The notes under the pieces were generated by a model that saw nothing but the letters and a program-made list of their open reading frames with translations, was not told where the DNA came from and did no database searches. This document shows positions 19,688-28,112 of a stretch of 64,000 bases of DNA, in pieces (positions within the stretch are counted from its first letter, which is position 1; each line of letters starts with the position of its first letter). Made by a program: the position numbers and the translations under genes. Location of the stretch: contig JBGSZS010000009.1 of the NCBI GenBank assembly GCA_041750285.1, positions 64,001 through 128,000 of the forward strand. Reading direction: 5' to 3'. The stretch comes from Candidatus Fermentibacteraceae bacterium. Its GTDB lineage: Bacteria > Fermentibacterota > Fermentibacteria > Fermentibacterales > JCC-6.

Positions 19688-20897
19688 CGTCGTCCTGCCT
19701 GTTGTATTCCTGAAGCGCCCTGAACATCCAGCCCTGGCTCCACCTGAGGTGAATCAGCCCATCTCTGGAATGCCTGCCGAGTTTCCTGAAAAAGCCTTTT
19801 CTCTTCTCGTCCCAGATCTGTGTTATGGCCCTCGAAAGGATTCTTTCCGCGAGAACAGGTTCGTTCATTCTGGTCATCGTTATCGCGCCCTGCGCATAAC
19901 AGTGGGGATCGAGGGGGTAAAGGCTGTCATCGAGATACTTCGCATCCCCGTCTTCGGTGAAAAGGCTGTTCATGTAGTAGTTCAATCCCCTGTGGAGCGA
20001 TTCCCGAAAATCATCCGTTCCAACAGTTTCCGAGATGAAGTGCATCGTTTCCAGAACGAAGCCCGTGTGAAGGTTGTCCACCCACTGCCAGTGATCCGCT
20101 TCGCCGTACACCCAGCTTCCGTTTTCCCTCTGTCTGCCCGCAACATACCTGCATGCTTCGAGAGCGAGTTCTTCGAACCGTGCACCAAGCGGTTCCTCAA
20201 CGAACTGCGCAGCCTGAACGAGGGTCTTGGCTGCAAAGAGGGAAGCGTTGAAGACACGTGTGTTATCCCTTGGAGAGTAGCTGAAGCATACTCCGCTGCC
20301 GTCTTCGTGGATGTTCAAGGACTCGTTGACGAACCTGGCCAGCTTCCTTGCAACGACCGGATAGAAGCAGCTCTGCGAATCCCTTAGCGCATCGAGGATG
20401 AAGCTCGAGCACACGGCCGTCGGATACCAGGCCGGTTGCAGAAATGCCCTGCTCTGCCATGGGAAGTTGTAACCCCAGGCGATTGCTCCGGCTTGCTCTG
20501 CTTCTTCCGGGGTGATGTCCGTTCTGATCCTGCGGTCTTCACTGAATGCCGGGGTACCGTCGGGCCTGGAGGCAAGGCTGAGGATCATCTGTTCCAGCCT
20601 GGAGCACAGGTTTGTGTAACGTGCCTTCCCTCCTTCCTTCGAAAGCCCCAGTCCCGAAAGAAAGAGCGCCAGCCCTTTGGGATTGTATCCTTCCGGCACC
20701 CCGAGGATCGGTCTCAGGTTGACGGGCGACCTTTTCACGGCCTGAATGGTGGCAAGCCTCAGGGATCGGGATCTCTTGAGAAGGGGAGCAAGCAGACGGC
20801 TGTTCAGCCCGTCAAAAGGATCAGTGCCCCTGAAGTCCCGCTGAACCGCCCACTGGAGGATTTCGCCCGCAATGCGGCTGAAACCGGTGCTGTGCAT
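19671..20897 (-). CDS. (alpha/alpha)-barrel AGE/glycosidase-like protein of polysaccharide loci, function unknown
   Basis: DPFDGLNS, NPKGLALF, WGYNFPWQSR, FSYSP, NASL, WVDNLHTGF, YPLDPH, RWSQ motifs. Confidence 0.65.
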   Translation of the reverse strand: MHSTGFSRIAGEILQWAVQRDFRGTDPFDGLNSRLLAPLLKRSRSLRLATIQAVKRSPVNLRPILGVPEGYNPKGLALFLSGLGLSKEGGKARYTNLCSRLEQMILSLASRPDGTPAFSEDRRIRTDITPEEAEQAGAIAWGYNFPWQSRAFLQPAWYPTAVCSSFILDALRDSQSCFYPVVARKLARFVNESLNIHEDGSGVCFSYSPRDNTRVFNASLFAAKTLVQAAQFVEEPLGARFEELALEACRYVAGRQRENGSWVYGEADHWQWVDNLHTGFVLETMHFISETVGTDDFRESLHRGLNYYMNSLFTEDGDAKYLDDSLYPLDPHCYAQGAITMTRMNEPVLAERILSRAITQIWDEKRKGFFRKLGRHSRDGLIHLRWSQGWMFRALQEYNRQDDDEDMV

Positions 20898-20900
20898 TCT

Positions 20901-23063
20901 TCAGAATTGTTCGGGATTGACGGCTGCCGGCCTGCCGGTCCGAATGCTTTCAAGCACGGCGAAGCTCGCCAGAGTCGTGGCTATCTGGGATGAGATCGGG
21001 ATGGCGGGGCTGCCCGTTCTGAGCGCGGTGACGAAGGCTCTCATCTCCTCACTGTGCCCCTTGCCCCGGACGTTCTTCGTCCTTTTCCCCGACTTGTCGA
21101 ACATGGTGACACTGTTGTAGTTGTCGATCACCGCACTTCTGCCGCCGCCAAAAACCTCGAGGCGTTCCTTCGGCATGGACTTTCCGCCCCCTGAGAAATA
21201 GCCGATGGAGCCGGCGGAGCCGTCTTCGAACTTGATGGAGATAACGGTGTTGTCGCTGGCCACGATTGACTCGTCGGCCGTGTCTATGCTCTGGGCGAAC
21301 ACGGTCACCGGGTTGGCCCCGCAGATGAACTGCAGAAGATCTATGAAATGACACGCTTCGCCGATGATCCTGCCTCCGCCCTCACCGGTCTGTGTCCAGT
21401 GATCTTTCGCTACGTGTCCCGCGCTGATCCTGTACATCATCGTCAGGGGCGGATGATCCTCTCCGATGAACGCCCTTACTGCCGCCGCCGCCTTTGAGAA
21501 CCTTCTGTTGAATCCTGTCTGTATGAGCGTGCACGACTCCAGTTGCCTTTGCCTGATCTCCCTGAGTTCATCAATGGTGAGACAAAGCGGTTTTTCCACG
21601 AACACCGGCTTCCCCGCCTTCAGGCACCTGAGGACCGAATCGGCATGGGTGTCGTGCCTTGTTGCAACAACGACCGCGTGGGTCTCATCATCATTCAACA
21701 GGTCCCCGATGCTCCCGACGGCCCTTCGGAAACCCAGTCTAGCGCCGACATCGGAGGCTGTAAGGCCGCTTCGTGTGCAGACCGAGGAGAAGTAAGTCCT
21801 GCTGTCCCTTTTCAGGGGGGGCAGCAGAAAGGTCTGGGCAAAGGAACCGGGGCCGACCATTCCGATGCCGATCCTGTCGCGGCGAACAGGGGTTGTGGAG
21901 TGGGGAAGGGGAACGGACCTCACTTCATCTCTTGGCCTGTCCGGGTATTCGATAAGCATGCCGCAGAAGGGCTCGGTCTTTCCGGAAATGACAGCGTACG
22001 CCTCGGGTGCCCTTTCCAGAGGGAATACATGTGTTGTCGGTTTTCGGGGGTCTATGGTTCCGGCAGCCATTCCATCAAGAACGGCCTCCATGTTCCTGCC
22101 TTCGGTCCATCTCACATAGGGGTAGGGGTAATCCATGCCGGCTTCCTCGTACCAGGGATCGTACCTGCCCGGGCCATATGAACAGGATACTGCGAAGGAG
22201 AGCTCCTTCTTGAAATAGACATCCCTGGGCAGATCCATGCCCACGGCGCCTACGGAGATGATCCTCCCCTTCTTCCGGCTGACTTCGGCGGCAAACTCGA
22301 CCGGTCCGTTGCCCGGGGTGCCGGCACAGATTATGACCATGTCTGCGCCTCTGCCCCTTGTGAAGTCACTTATCAGGGCTTCGACACTGTCCCTGCCGGT
22401 GACTGCCCCGGAATCGATCGCTCCTGTAGAAAGCGCCAGATTCACCTGAGCATCATCAAGGTCTGTTCCAAACACCCTGCAACCGTTCGCTTTCAGGATT
22501 TGAGCCGCCAGCTGGCCGACTATTCCAAGACCTATGACAACCGCGGCTTCTCCCAGTGTCGGTTCTGCGAGTCTGACTCCCTGCAGTGAGATCGATGCGA
22601 TAGTCGCATAGGCTGCGGATCTCGGGTCAACGCCGTCAGGTACCTTCACGACAAGGTTCCTGGGTACGACAACCTCATCCGCATGGTTCGCATATCCGCC
22701 GCCGGCACAGGCGACCAGGTCTCCCGTCCTGACATGATCCACTCCACAGCCGGTTTCGGTGACCATGCCGCAGAGGCTGTAACCCAGGGGCTGTGCTCCC
22801 TCGAGCTTGCTTCTGATCTTCAGCCAGGTCGCCTTCAGTCCGAGTGAGCCGGCCATGCTCACGACCTGCTTGACCTGTGCAGGTTTGGACCTCGCCTTGC
22901 CGAGCAGCGACATCCTGCCGGTAATCACCTTTCCGCCCTCTGTGCCGGTACTGATCGCCGAATAAAGGGTTCTGACCCTCACAAACCCTTCGGTGATGAT
23001 CGGGTCAGGCGCCTCAAACACCTGAACGGAACCATCACTGAGCTTCTGGCCGAGAATTTTCAA
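20901..23063 (-). CDS. Bi-domain oxidoreductase (Zn-ADH/MDR-like plus Gfo/Idh/MocA)
   Basis: SAISTGTE, PLGYS, GLGIVG, SYGPGRYD, RWTE; second domain ATRHDTH, VEKP, GFNRRF, GEACHFID. TTG 23063 follows GGAGG. Confidence 0.9.
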   Translation of the reverse strand: MKILGQKLSDGSVQVFEAPDPIITEGFVRVRTLYSAISTGTEGGKVITGRMSLLGKARSKPAQVKQVVSMAGSLGLKATWLKIRSKLEGAQPLGYSLCGMVTETGCGVDHVRTGDLVACAGGGYANHADEVVVPRNLVVKVPDGVDPRSAAYATIASISLQGVRLAEPTLGEAAVVIGLGIVGQLAAQILKANGCRVFGTDLDDAQVNLALSTGAIDSGAVTGRDSVEALISDFTRGRGADMVIICAGTPGNGPVEFAAEVSRKKGRIISVGAVGMDLPRDVYFKKELSFAVSCSYGPGRYDPWYEEAGMDYPYPYVRWTEGRNMEAVLDGMAAGTIDPRKPTTHVFPLERAPEAYAVISGKTEPFCGMLIEYPDRPRDEVRSVPLPHSTTPVRRDRIGIGMVGPGSFAQTFLLPPLKRDSRTYFSSVCTRSGLTASDVGARLGFRRAVGSIGDLLNDDETHAVVVATRHDTHADSVLRCLKAGKPVFVEKPLCLTIDELREIRQRQLESCTLIQTGFNRRFSKAAAAVRAFIGEDHPPLTMMYRISAGHVAKDHWTQTGEGGGRIIGEACHFIDLLQFICGANPVTVFAQSIDTADESIVASDNTVISIKFEDGSAGSIGYFSGGGKSMPKERLEVFGGGRSAVIDNYNSVTMFDKSGKRTKNVRGKGHSEEMRAFVTALRTGSPAIPISSQIATTLASFAVLESIRTGRPAAVNPEQF

Positions 23064-23160
23064 ATGAACATCCTCCAGGTTTCCGCATTTCTCCGCATGG
23101 ATAATAACCCTGAACCGCCCCGCCAAAAAGGGCGTCATGTTCCGCAGTCAGGCCTTCCAC

Positions 23161-23188
23161 TTGACTGCCGGCAGCCACACCTTATTTT
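23161..23188 (+). promoter_or_regulatory. Putative sigma70 promoter for the trp leader/trpB2 transcript
   Basis: TTGACT-N16-TATTTT, 7 nt upstream of the leader ATG at 23196. Confidence 0.55.
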
Positions 23189-23195
23189 TGCGCCC

Positions 23196-23279
23196 ATGAA
23201 TGCCAGCCCTCTCCTCTGCAGTGCTTTCCCGTCCGTCAGCCGCAACCGGCTCTGGTGGGCGGCCCCGCGCCGTCCATAA
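23196..23279 (+). CDS. Putative Trp-sensing leader peptide (27 aa, MNASPLLCSAFPSVSRNRLWWAAPRRP)
   Basis: Tandem TGG TGG codons at 23253-23258 directly upstream of trpB2; hairpins at 23256-23276 and 23280-23336. Confidence 0.65.
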   Translation: MNASPLLCSAFPSVSRNRLWWAAPRRP

Positions 23280-23336
23280 CCAATCCTTTCCCCTTCGGCA
23301 CCCGTATCCATGAACAGTTACTCCAAAAAGGATTGG
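23256..23336 (+). promoter_or_regulatory. Attenuator-like RNA structures upstream of trpB2
   Basis: TGGGCGGC/GCCGTCCA stem overlaps Trp codon 2. A perfect 10-bp inverted repeat CCAATCCTTT (23280-23289) / AAAGGATTGG (23327-23336) covers the purine-rich pre-start region. Confidence 0.55.
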
Positions 23337-23344
23337 ATTGCGCC

Positions 23345-24601
23345 ATGAAACGCTTTGCTTCGCGGGATTCCGCATATCTGCCTTCCTCGTATCTGAACGT
23401 AAAACCTTCGCTTCCATCCCTTCCGCCTCCACCGATCCTGCCATCCGGCGAGGTTGCCCCACCTTCATGCATGGAGTGCCTGTTTCCCCGTGGGATGATA
23501 GGGCACGAAACCACGCAGGAACGTCTCGTGGAGATACCTTCCGAGGTCAGAACCGCGTATTCCCTCTACAGGCCGACCCCCCTTGTGCGAGCCTTGGGGC
23601 TGGAAAGGGAGCTCGATACCCCGGCACGGATCTACTACAAGTATGAGGGGGCGGGACCTGCGGGAAGCCACAAGAGCAACACGGCACTTGCACAGGCTTT
23701 TCTCGCCCGGGAGGCCGGGATGACAAGGATCTGCACGGAGACCGGGGCCGGGCAATGGGGAAGCGCGCTGTCCCAGGCCTGTCTTCAGTTCGGATCCTCT
23801 CTGGAGGTGTTCATGGTCCGTGCGAGTTATCTGCAGAAACCCCTTCGCCGGGTCTTCATGGAGATGCACGGAGCTTCGGTTCATGCCAGCCCCAGTTCCC
23901 TGACGGCAGTGGGACAGCGCTTTCTGGAAAACGACATGTCGCACCCGGGCAGCCTGGGAATAGCCATCAGCGAAGCCGTGGAACAGGTTCTTTCAGATCC
24001 TTCCTGCTGCTACAGCCTCGGGTCCGTTCTTGATTCGGTGTGTCTTCACCAGTCGGTGATAGGTCAGGAGGCCCTTCTTCAGATGGAAGAGATGGGGGAT
24101 TTCCCCGATGAGGTGGTGGCGTGTGTTGGAGGAGGTTCCAACTTCGCGGGGATCGCCTTTCCGTTCGTCGCCTCAGGCAGGGGCATCTCCTTTGTTGCCG
24201 TGGAACCGGCCTCTTGTCCGACACTTACAAGGGGAGAGCTTCGTTACGACTACGGAGACTCATCGGGACTTACGCCAAGGTACATGATGTACACACTGGG
24301 GTGTGATTTCGTACCGCCGCCCATTCACGCCGGTGGACTCAGGTATCACGGCATGAGCCCCCTCGTGAGCCACCTTGTGTCACGGGGAATGGTGCGGCCG
24401 GTTGCCGTGCCCCAGGATGAGGTATTCTCGGCGGCAAGGTTGTTCCTCAGGTGCGAAGGGATACTGCCCGCACCCGAGTCCGCCCATGCCGTGAGTTACG
24501 TGATCGACTCGGCACTGCGCGCGAAGGGATCATGCACCTCCCCCGTCATCCTGTTCTGTCTCTCCGGACACGGGTTGATGGACATGGCGGCGTTTTCCTG
24601 A
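23345..24601 (+). CDS. trpB: TrpB-like PLP enzyme, TrpB2 type (stand-alone tryptophan synthase beta)
   Basis: RPTPLVRA, YYKYEG...GSHKSNTA, TETGAGQWGSAL, GGGSNF, HAGGLRYHG, PAPESAHA, LSGHG; no adjacent trpA. Confidence 0.93.
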   Translation: MKRFASRDSAYLPSSYLNVKPSLPSLPPPPILPSGEVAPPSCMECLFPRGMIGHETTQERLVEIPSEVRTAYSLYRPTPLVRALGLERELDTPARIYYKYEGAGPAGSHKSNTALAQAFLAREAGMTRICTETGAGQWGSALSQACLQFGSSLEVFMVRASYLQKPLRRVFMEMHGASVHASPSSLTAVGQRFLENDMSHPGSLGIAISEAVEQVLSDPSCCYSLGSVLDSVCLHQSVIGQEALLQMEEMGDFPDEVVACVGGGSNFAGIAFPFVASGRGISFVAVEPASCPTLTRGELRYDYGDSSGLTPRYMMYTLGCDFVPPPIHAGGLRYHGMSPLVSHLVSRGMVRPVAVPQDEVFSAARLFLRCEGILPAPESAHAVSYVIDSALRAKGSCTSPVILFCLSGHGLMDMAAFS

Positions 24602-24611
24602 AGAGTGCTTC

Positions 24612-24633
24612 GGGGGGCGCTGGCGCGCCCCCC
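24612..24633 (+). terminator. GC-rich hairpin after trpB2, possible terminator
   Basis: GGGGGGCGC-TGGC-GCGCCCCCC perfect 9-bp stem just after the stop; the U-run is displaced (24644-24650). Confidence 0.5.
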
Positions 24634-24655
24634 TCCACCCTCTTATTTTTCGGTA

Positions 24656-25102
24656 ATGAAGCAGCTTCTGTTCGATATCGGGGATTCGATCATCCTCGGG
24701 GTTGCGGTGCAGACCCTGGTGCTCTTCCTCTGGTTCGCAATGGTGGTGGGGTTCTTCTCTTCCCTCGTTGATCTGGTGCAGTACTTCCGCTACGACTCGG
24801 CCTTTCCCGGAGAGGATTACTCACTCGTCCTTGTCGCGGGATGTCTGGGTGCCCTGATGCTTCTTTCTTCCCTGCTCGGGGCTCTGGCGGTGAGAAGGGG
24901 TTCATGCCGGCGGGTCATGGTCTTTCTGGGTGTTTCAACCTTGTGCGCCTTTGCGGTGGCGTTCATTCCCCGCGCTCCCATCGGCACCGGGAGGGACCCC
25001 TCTCTCTTCACGTACATCGGGGGGTTGGGGACGCTTGGCGTGGTGATGCTTGCGATATCCGGTTCAGGAAGGCGCCCTTCGCCCGATTCGGAAACGGAGT
25101 GA
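24656..25102 (+). CDS. Hypothetical membrane protein (about 4 TM)
   Basis: Hydrophobic ORF filling the gap, 3 nt from the next gene; start MKQLLFDIG. Confidence 0.6.
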   Translation: MKQLLFDIGDSIILGVAVQTLVLFLWFAMVVGFFSSLVDLVQYFRYDSAFPGEDYSLVLVAGCLGALMLLSSLLGALAVRRGSCRRVMVFLGVSTLCAFAVAFIPRAPIGTGRDPSLFTYIGGLGTLGVVMLAISGSGRRPSPDSETE

Positions 25103-25105
25103 CCC

Positions 25106-25669
25106 ATGGATTCCCTGGACACAAGAAAGCTTGCGCTGGCCGTCCTCATATCGTTCCTGAGCGCGATGCCCCTTGCCGCATGGGTCTTTCTGGGTGCTTC
25201 GGGCCGGCTCGGTGAGTTTGTTGACGCTGAGCAACACAGGGACCTGACAATAGCGCTCTTCATAGTGACGGCGGTGTGGTTCGTGGGCGTAACCCCCTTC
25301 TTGATCTGGCCACGCATCTGGAACGGAACCGATGCCCGTGAGAACCTGCTGAAGAAGGGTATCCCCGCCAGGGGAATCCTTCTTGAAACGGGACTCAGGG
25401 GGAAGGAAGGCATCAGGTACAGAAAGAGAAGGAACACGTACCTTGTCATGGCTGTAAAGGTGACCCTTCCTGACGACACCTACACCATCCAAAGCCATCT
25501 GGCGCTCGTTCCCGAGAACATCCTGCCTTTCGTGAGGGAGGGCATGGAGTTCCCGGTCAGGGTCAGCAGAGCTGACCGCATGATCATCGAGATAGACTGG
25601 GAACCGCTTATGATCCATTATCCGGATTACTCTGCAGCAGTGGCAGGGAGAGGGTCAAAGACCGACTGA
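25106..25669 (+). CDS. Hypothetical membrane protein (2 TM plus soluble beta-rich C-terminal domain)
   Basis: GGAG RBS; two TM helices followed by LLKKGIPARGIL... Confidence 0.65.
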   Translation: MDSLDTRKLALAVLISFLSAMPLAAWVFLGASGRLGEFVDAEQHRDLTIALFIVTAVWFVGVTPFLIWPRIWNGTDARENLLKKGIPARGILLETGLRGKEGIRYRKRRNTYLVMAVKVTLPDDTYTIQSHLALVPENILPFVREGMEFPVRVSRADRMIIEIDWEPLMIHYPDYSAAVAGRGSKTD

Positions 25670-25692
25670 CCAGGTCTTTGACAGAGGCCTGG
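25670..25692. terminator. Hairpin between convergent genes
   Basis: CCAGGTCTT-TGACA-GAGGCCTGG (G-U pairs on the + strand); no U-tract. Confidence 0.35.
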
Positions 25693-25719
25693 CCCCTCAC
25701 GGATATCACCGCACCGGGT

Positions 25720-26691
25720 TCAGTAAAGTTCAGCCGGCCTGACCGCTCTCAGAGGGCTCTGGCGGGTCAGGACGAGCCACAGGATGGCGTGAAACCAGGA
25801 TATCCTCTTCCATCCCGGCAGATGCATCAGGTTCAGGAGCGTGGGAAGGGCGGAACGGGCCTTGATGGCGGAGAGAACTGCTTCGGCCCTGTCGTTCCTC
25901 ACATCGAGAAGGCTTGTTACCATTTCAGGCACGGGGGCGCCCAGTGTTGCCGCCGTTTTCAGTATCCCGCCGACAGGGCGGGAGAGACGTGTCCTCAGAG
26001 CGCTCTCCGTGAACTCCTTCCATGTCCCCCGTTCTTCGACCATTTTCGCAAGCAGGCAGGTATCGGACCACCAGACGGGCCTTATGGCGGTGTTGGTGAT
26101 CATGTGGAGGGTCACGATGAGCAGGGCATTGTGCCATGCCAGACCCATGAGACCCCTTTCCAGCGGCCTGCAGTTCATAGTGAGGTCAGGGGGGAGCCTG
26201 CCCGGAAAAGTGGCCGGAAAGTAGAAGATGTGGGTGTGAAGTTCCGCCATGACTCCGTTCTTCACCGCCTTGACTTCCGAGACGATCCCAGACGACATGA
26301 TCCCGTCTCCTGAGTTCGATACCCGCCACCCCTGACTGATGAAGGCATCGATCGCTCTTCTCAGGTGTTCGGGCTTCACCAGGAGGTCGGCGTCGCTCAT
26401 GGGTCTGCCACCGGGGAACGGGTAGACGCTTCTTGCAAGGTCAAAACCCTTGATTGCCCATACATCGTGCTCGAGGCCCGCCAGGACAGGCTTCAGTGTC
26501 TGTTGAAGGTGCAGCCATCGTGCCGAAGCCTCAATACTGGCCTCCCTGTCGCCCCGTTCACGGGAGAGCAGACTTCTCAGGTCGTGGTTTGGCGGTGGAT
26601 CGGGACCATCGTACCCGCCGGGTTCGGCTCCGGTCAGGAGCCATCGGCAGGCCGCTCTGGTTACGGGGTCGGGAACTCCTGTCATTGGCAT
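25720..26691 (-). CDS. Nucleotidyltransferase family protein (NTP_transf_5-like)
   Basis: IKGFDLARSVYP...RPMSDADLLV, ELH and W..D motifs. The 5' half of the 672-aa ORF is antisense to the nitroreductase and was discarded. Confidence 0.8.
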   Translation of the reverse strand: MPMTGVPDPVTRAACRWLLTGAEPGGYDGPDPPPNHDLRSLLSRERGDREASIEASARWLHLQQTLKPVLAGLEHDVWAIKGFDLARSVYPFPGGRPMSDADLLVKPEHLRRAIDAFISQGWRVSNSGDGIMSSGIVSEVKAVKNGVMAELHTHIFYFPATFPGRLPPDLTMNCRPLERGLMGLAWHNALLIVTLHMITNTAIRPVWWSDTCLLAKMVEERGTWKEFTESALRTRLSRPVGGILKTAATLGAPVPEMVTSLLDVRNDRAEAVLSAIKARSALPTLLNLMHLPGWKRISWFHAILWLVLTRQSPLRAVRPAELY

Positions 26692-26800
26692 CGCTTCCTT
26701 GGGTTGCCTTAACATGCTTCGGCGCGTTGTCCGGAACAATGTGCAGTTCATCGGGACGACAGCCATGGCGGGAAGCGAGGCGTGCCGGAAAGCCCGGAGA

Positions 26801-26828
26801 TTGACGGGGACGGGCCCTGACGTATTGT
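26801..26828 (+). promoter_or_regulatory. Putative sigma70 promoter for nitroreductase-flavodoxin
   Basis: TTGACG-N16-TATTGT. Confidence 0.55.
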
Positions 26829-26856
26829 CCTCCAGGACGGACGGGAGGGAAGAGAG

Positions 26857-27624
26857 ATGATCCGGAATGCAGTCATTGATTCGCTCATGAACAGAAGGTC
26901 GATCCGCAGATACAAACCTGACGCCCCTTCGGACGAGGTCGTGGCAACAGTCGTCAGAGCCGGCCAGCAGGCGCCGTTCGCGATGCAGCTCGGAAGTGTT
27001 CTGCTCTCCCGCAATGCCGGGAAGAATCCCTTCAAGGCACCGTTGTGTTTCACCATATGTGTCGACTCGCACCGAATGGAGAAGGTCATGGCGCGCCGGG
27101 GCTGGCAAAGGGCTGCGTCGGACCTTTACACGATCCTCTTCGGAATGCAGGACGCCGCTTACATGGCCCAGAACATGGTCACAGCGGGTGAGAGCCTCGG
27201 GCTTGGAAGCTGCTTCATAGGGGCCGCCCCCTTCATGGCGGGAAAGATACGCGGGCAGTACCATCTGCCTTTGGGTGTCTTTCCCCTTGTCATGCTTGTC
27301 ATGGGTTACCCCGACGAAGACCCGCCGGCCCGCCCCCGCTACCCGCTCTCCTTCCACCTCTTCGAGGATACCTACCCCGAACTTCCTGATGAGAAGGTTG
27401 ACGAGGCCATGCGGGAGATGGACCAGGGCTATCTCGAGCAGGAATACTACCGCAGGGCCAACTACATGATCCCCCTCCCCGAGGGAAGGGAGGAGACCTT
27501 CACATACGACGACTACTGCTGGACCGAGCACATCTCCCGAAAACTGGGACTGTGGGGCGGCGACCCGGGGGAACTTCTCAAGGCCCTGGCCGAGTGCGGC
27601 TTCAAACTGGAGGCACGCGAATGA
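26857..27624 (+). CDS. Nitroreductase family protein (NfsA/FRP-like)
   Basis: RRSIRRY, DAAYMAQN, ESLGLGSCFIG, MGYP...RPRYP motifs. Confidence 0.9.
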   Translation: MIRNAVIDSLMNRRSIRRYKPDAPSDEVVATVVRAGQQAPFAMQLGSVLLSRNAGKNPFKAPLCFTICVDSHRMEKVMARRGWQRAASDLYTILFGMQDAAYMAQNMVTAGESLGLGSCFIGAAPFMAGKIRGQYHLPLGVFPLVMLVMGYPDEDPPARPRYPLSFHLFEDTYPELPDEKVDEAMREMDQGYLEQEYYRRANYMIPLPEGREETFTYDDYCWTEHISRKLGLWGGDPGELLKALAECGFKLEARE

Positions 27625-28109
27625 GGAAGCTTGTGGTGTTCTACTCTCTTGGCGGCAACACCCGCCTTGTGGCTGAGACGATAGCGAAAGCAGCGGGTGC
27701 GGATATTCTTGAGCTGGTGCCCGAAAGGGAGGCTCCATCGGGAGGTTTCAGGAGGATGGTCTGGGGAGGAAGGTCGGCGGTGATGCGTGAAAAACCTGCG
27801 CTGAAACCTTTCGCCGTCGATCCCTCTGAGTACGACATGATCTTCCTGGGAACTCCGGTATGGGCCTGGACAATTGCACCACCACTCAATACGTTCCTCT
27901 CCCACAACAGCCTTGAGGGAAAACCCGTTGCCCTGTTCTGCTGCCACGGCGGAGGTCCGGGCAGGATCTTCACGAAGATGCGCGAGGCCGTTCGGGGAGG
28001 TGTCTTTGTTGGAGAACTGGCCCTGAAGGAGCCCGGAAGCAGCAACACCAGGGAGCAGCTGAAAGACACAGTCGAGTGGGTGAACACGGTCCTTTCAAAG
28101 CTTGGTTGA
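27621..28109 (+). CDS. Flavodoxin
   Basis: VVFYSLGGNTR, YDMIFLGTPVWAW, FCCHGG; ATGA overlap with the nitroreductase. Confidence 0.9.
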   Translation: MRKLVVFYSLGGNTRLVAETIAKAAGADILELVPEREAPSGGFRRMVWGGRSAVMREKPALKPFAVDPSEYDMIFLGTPVWAWTIAPPLNTFLSHNSLEGKPVALFCCHGGGPGRIFTKMREAVRGGVFVGELALKEPGSSNTREQLKDTVEWVNTVLSKLG

Positions 28110-28112
28110 CCC

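Noticed and set aside
23064..23195. 71-aa ORF starting MNILQ, resembling the TnaC N-terminus
   Set aside because: It starts upstream of the likely promoter and overlaps the divergent gene's RBS; treated as coincidence, and only the 23196 start is kept.
26692..27738. N-terminal half of the 672-aa ORF 25720..27738
   Set aside because: Antisense shadow of the nitroreductase and flavodoxin; the recognisable domain starts near 26691.
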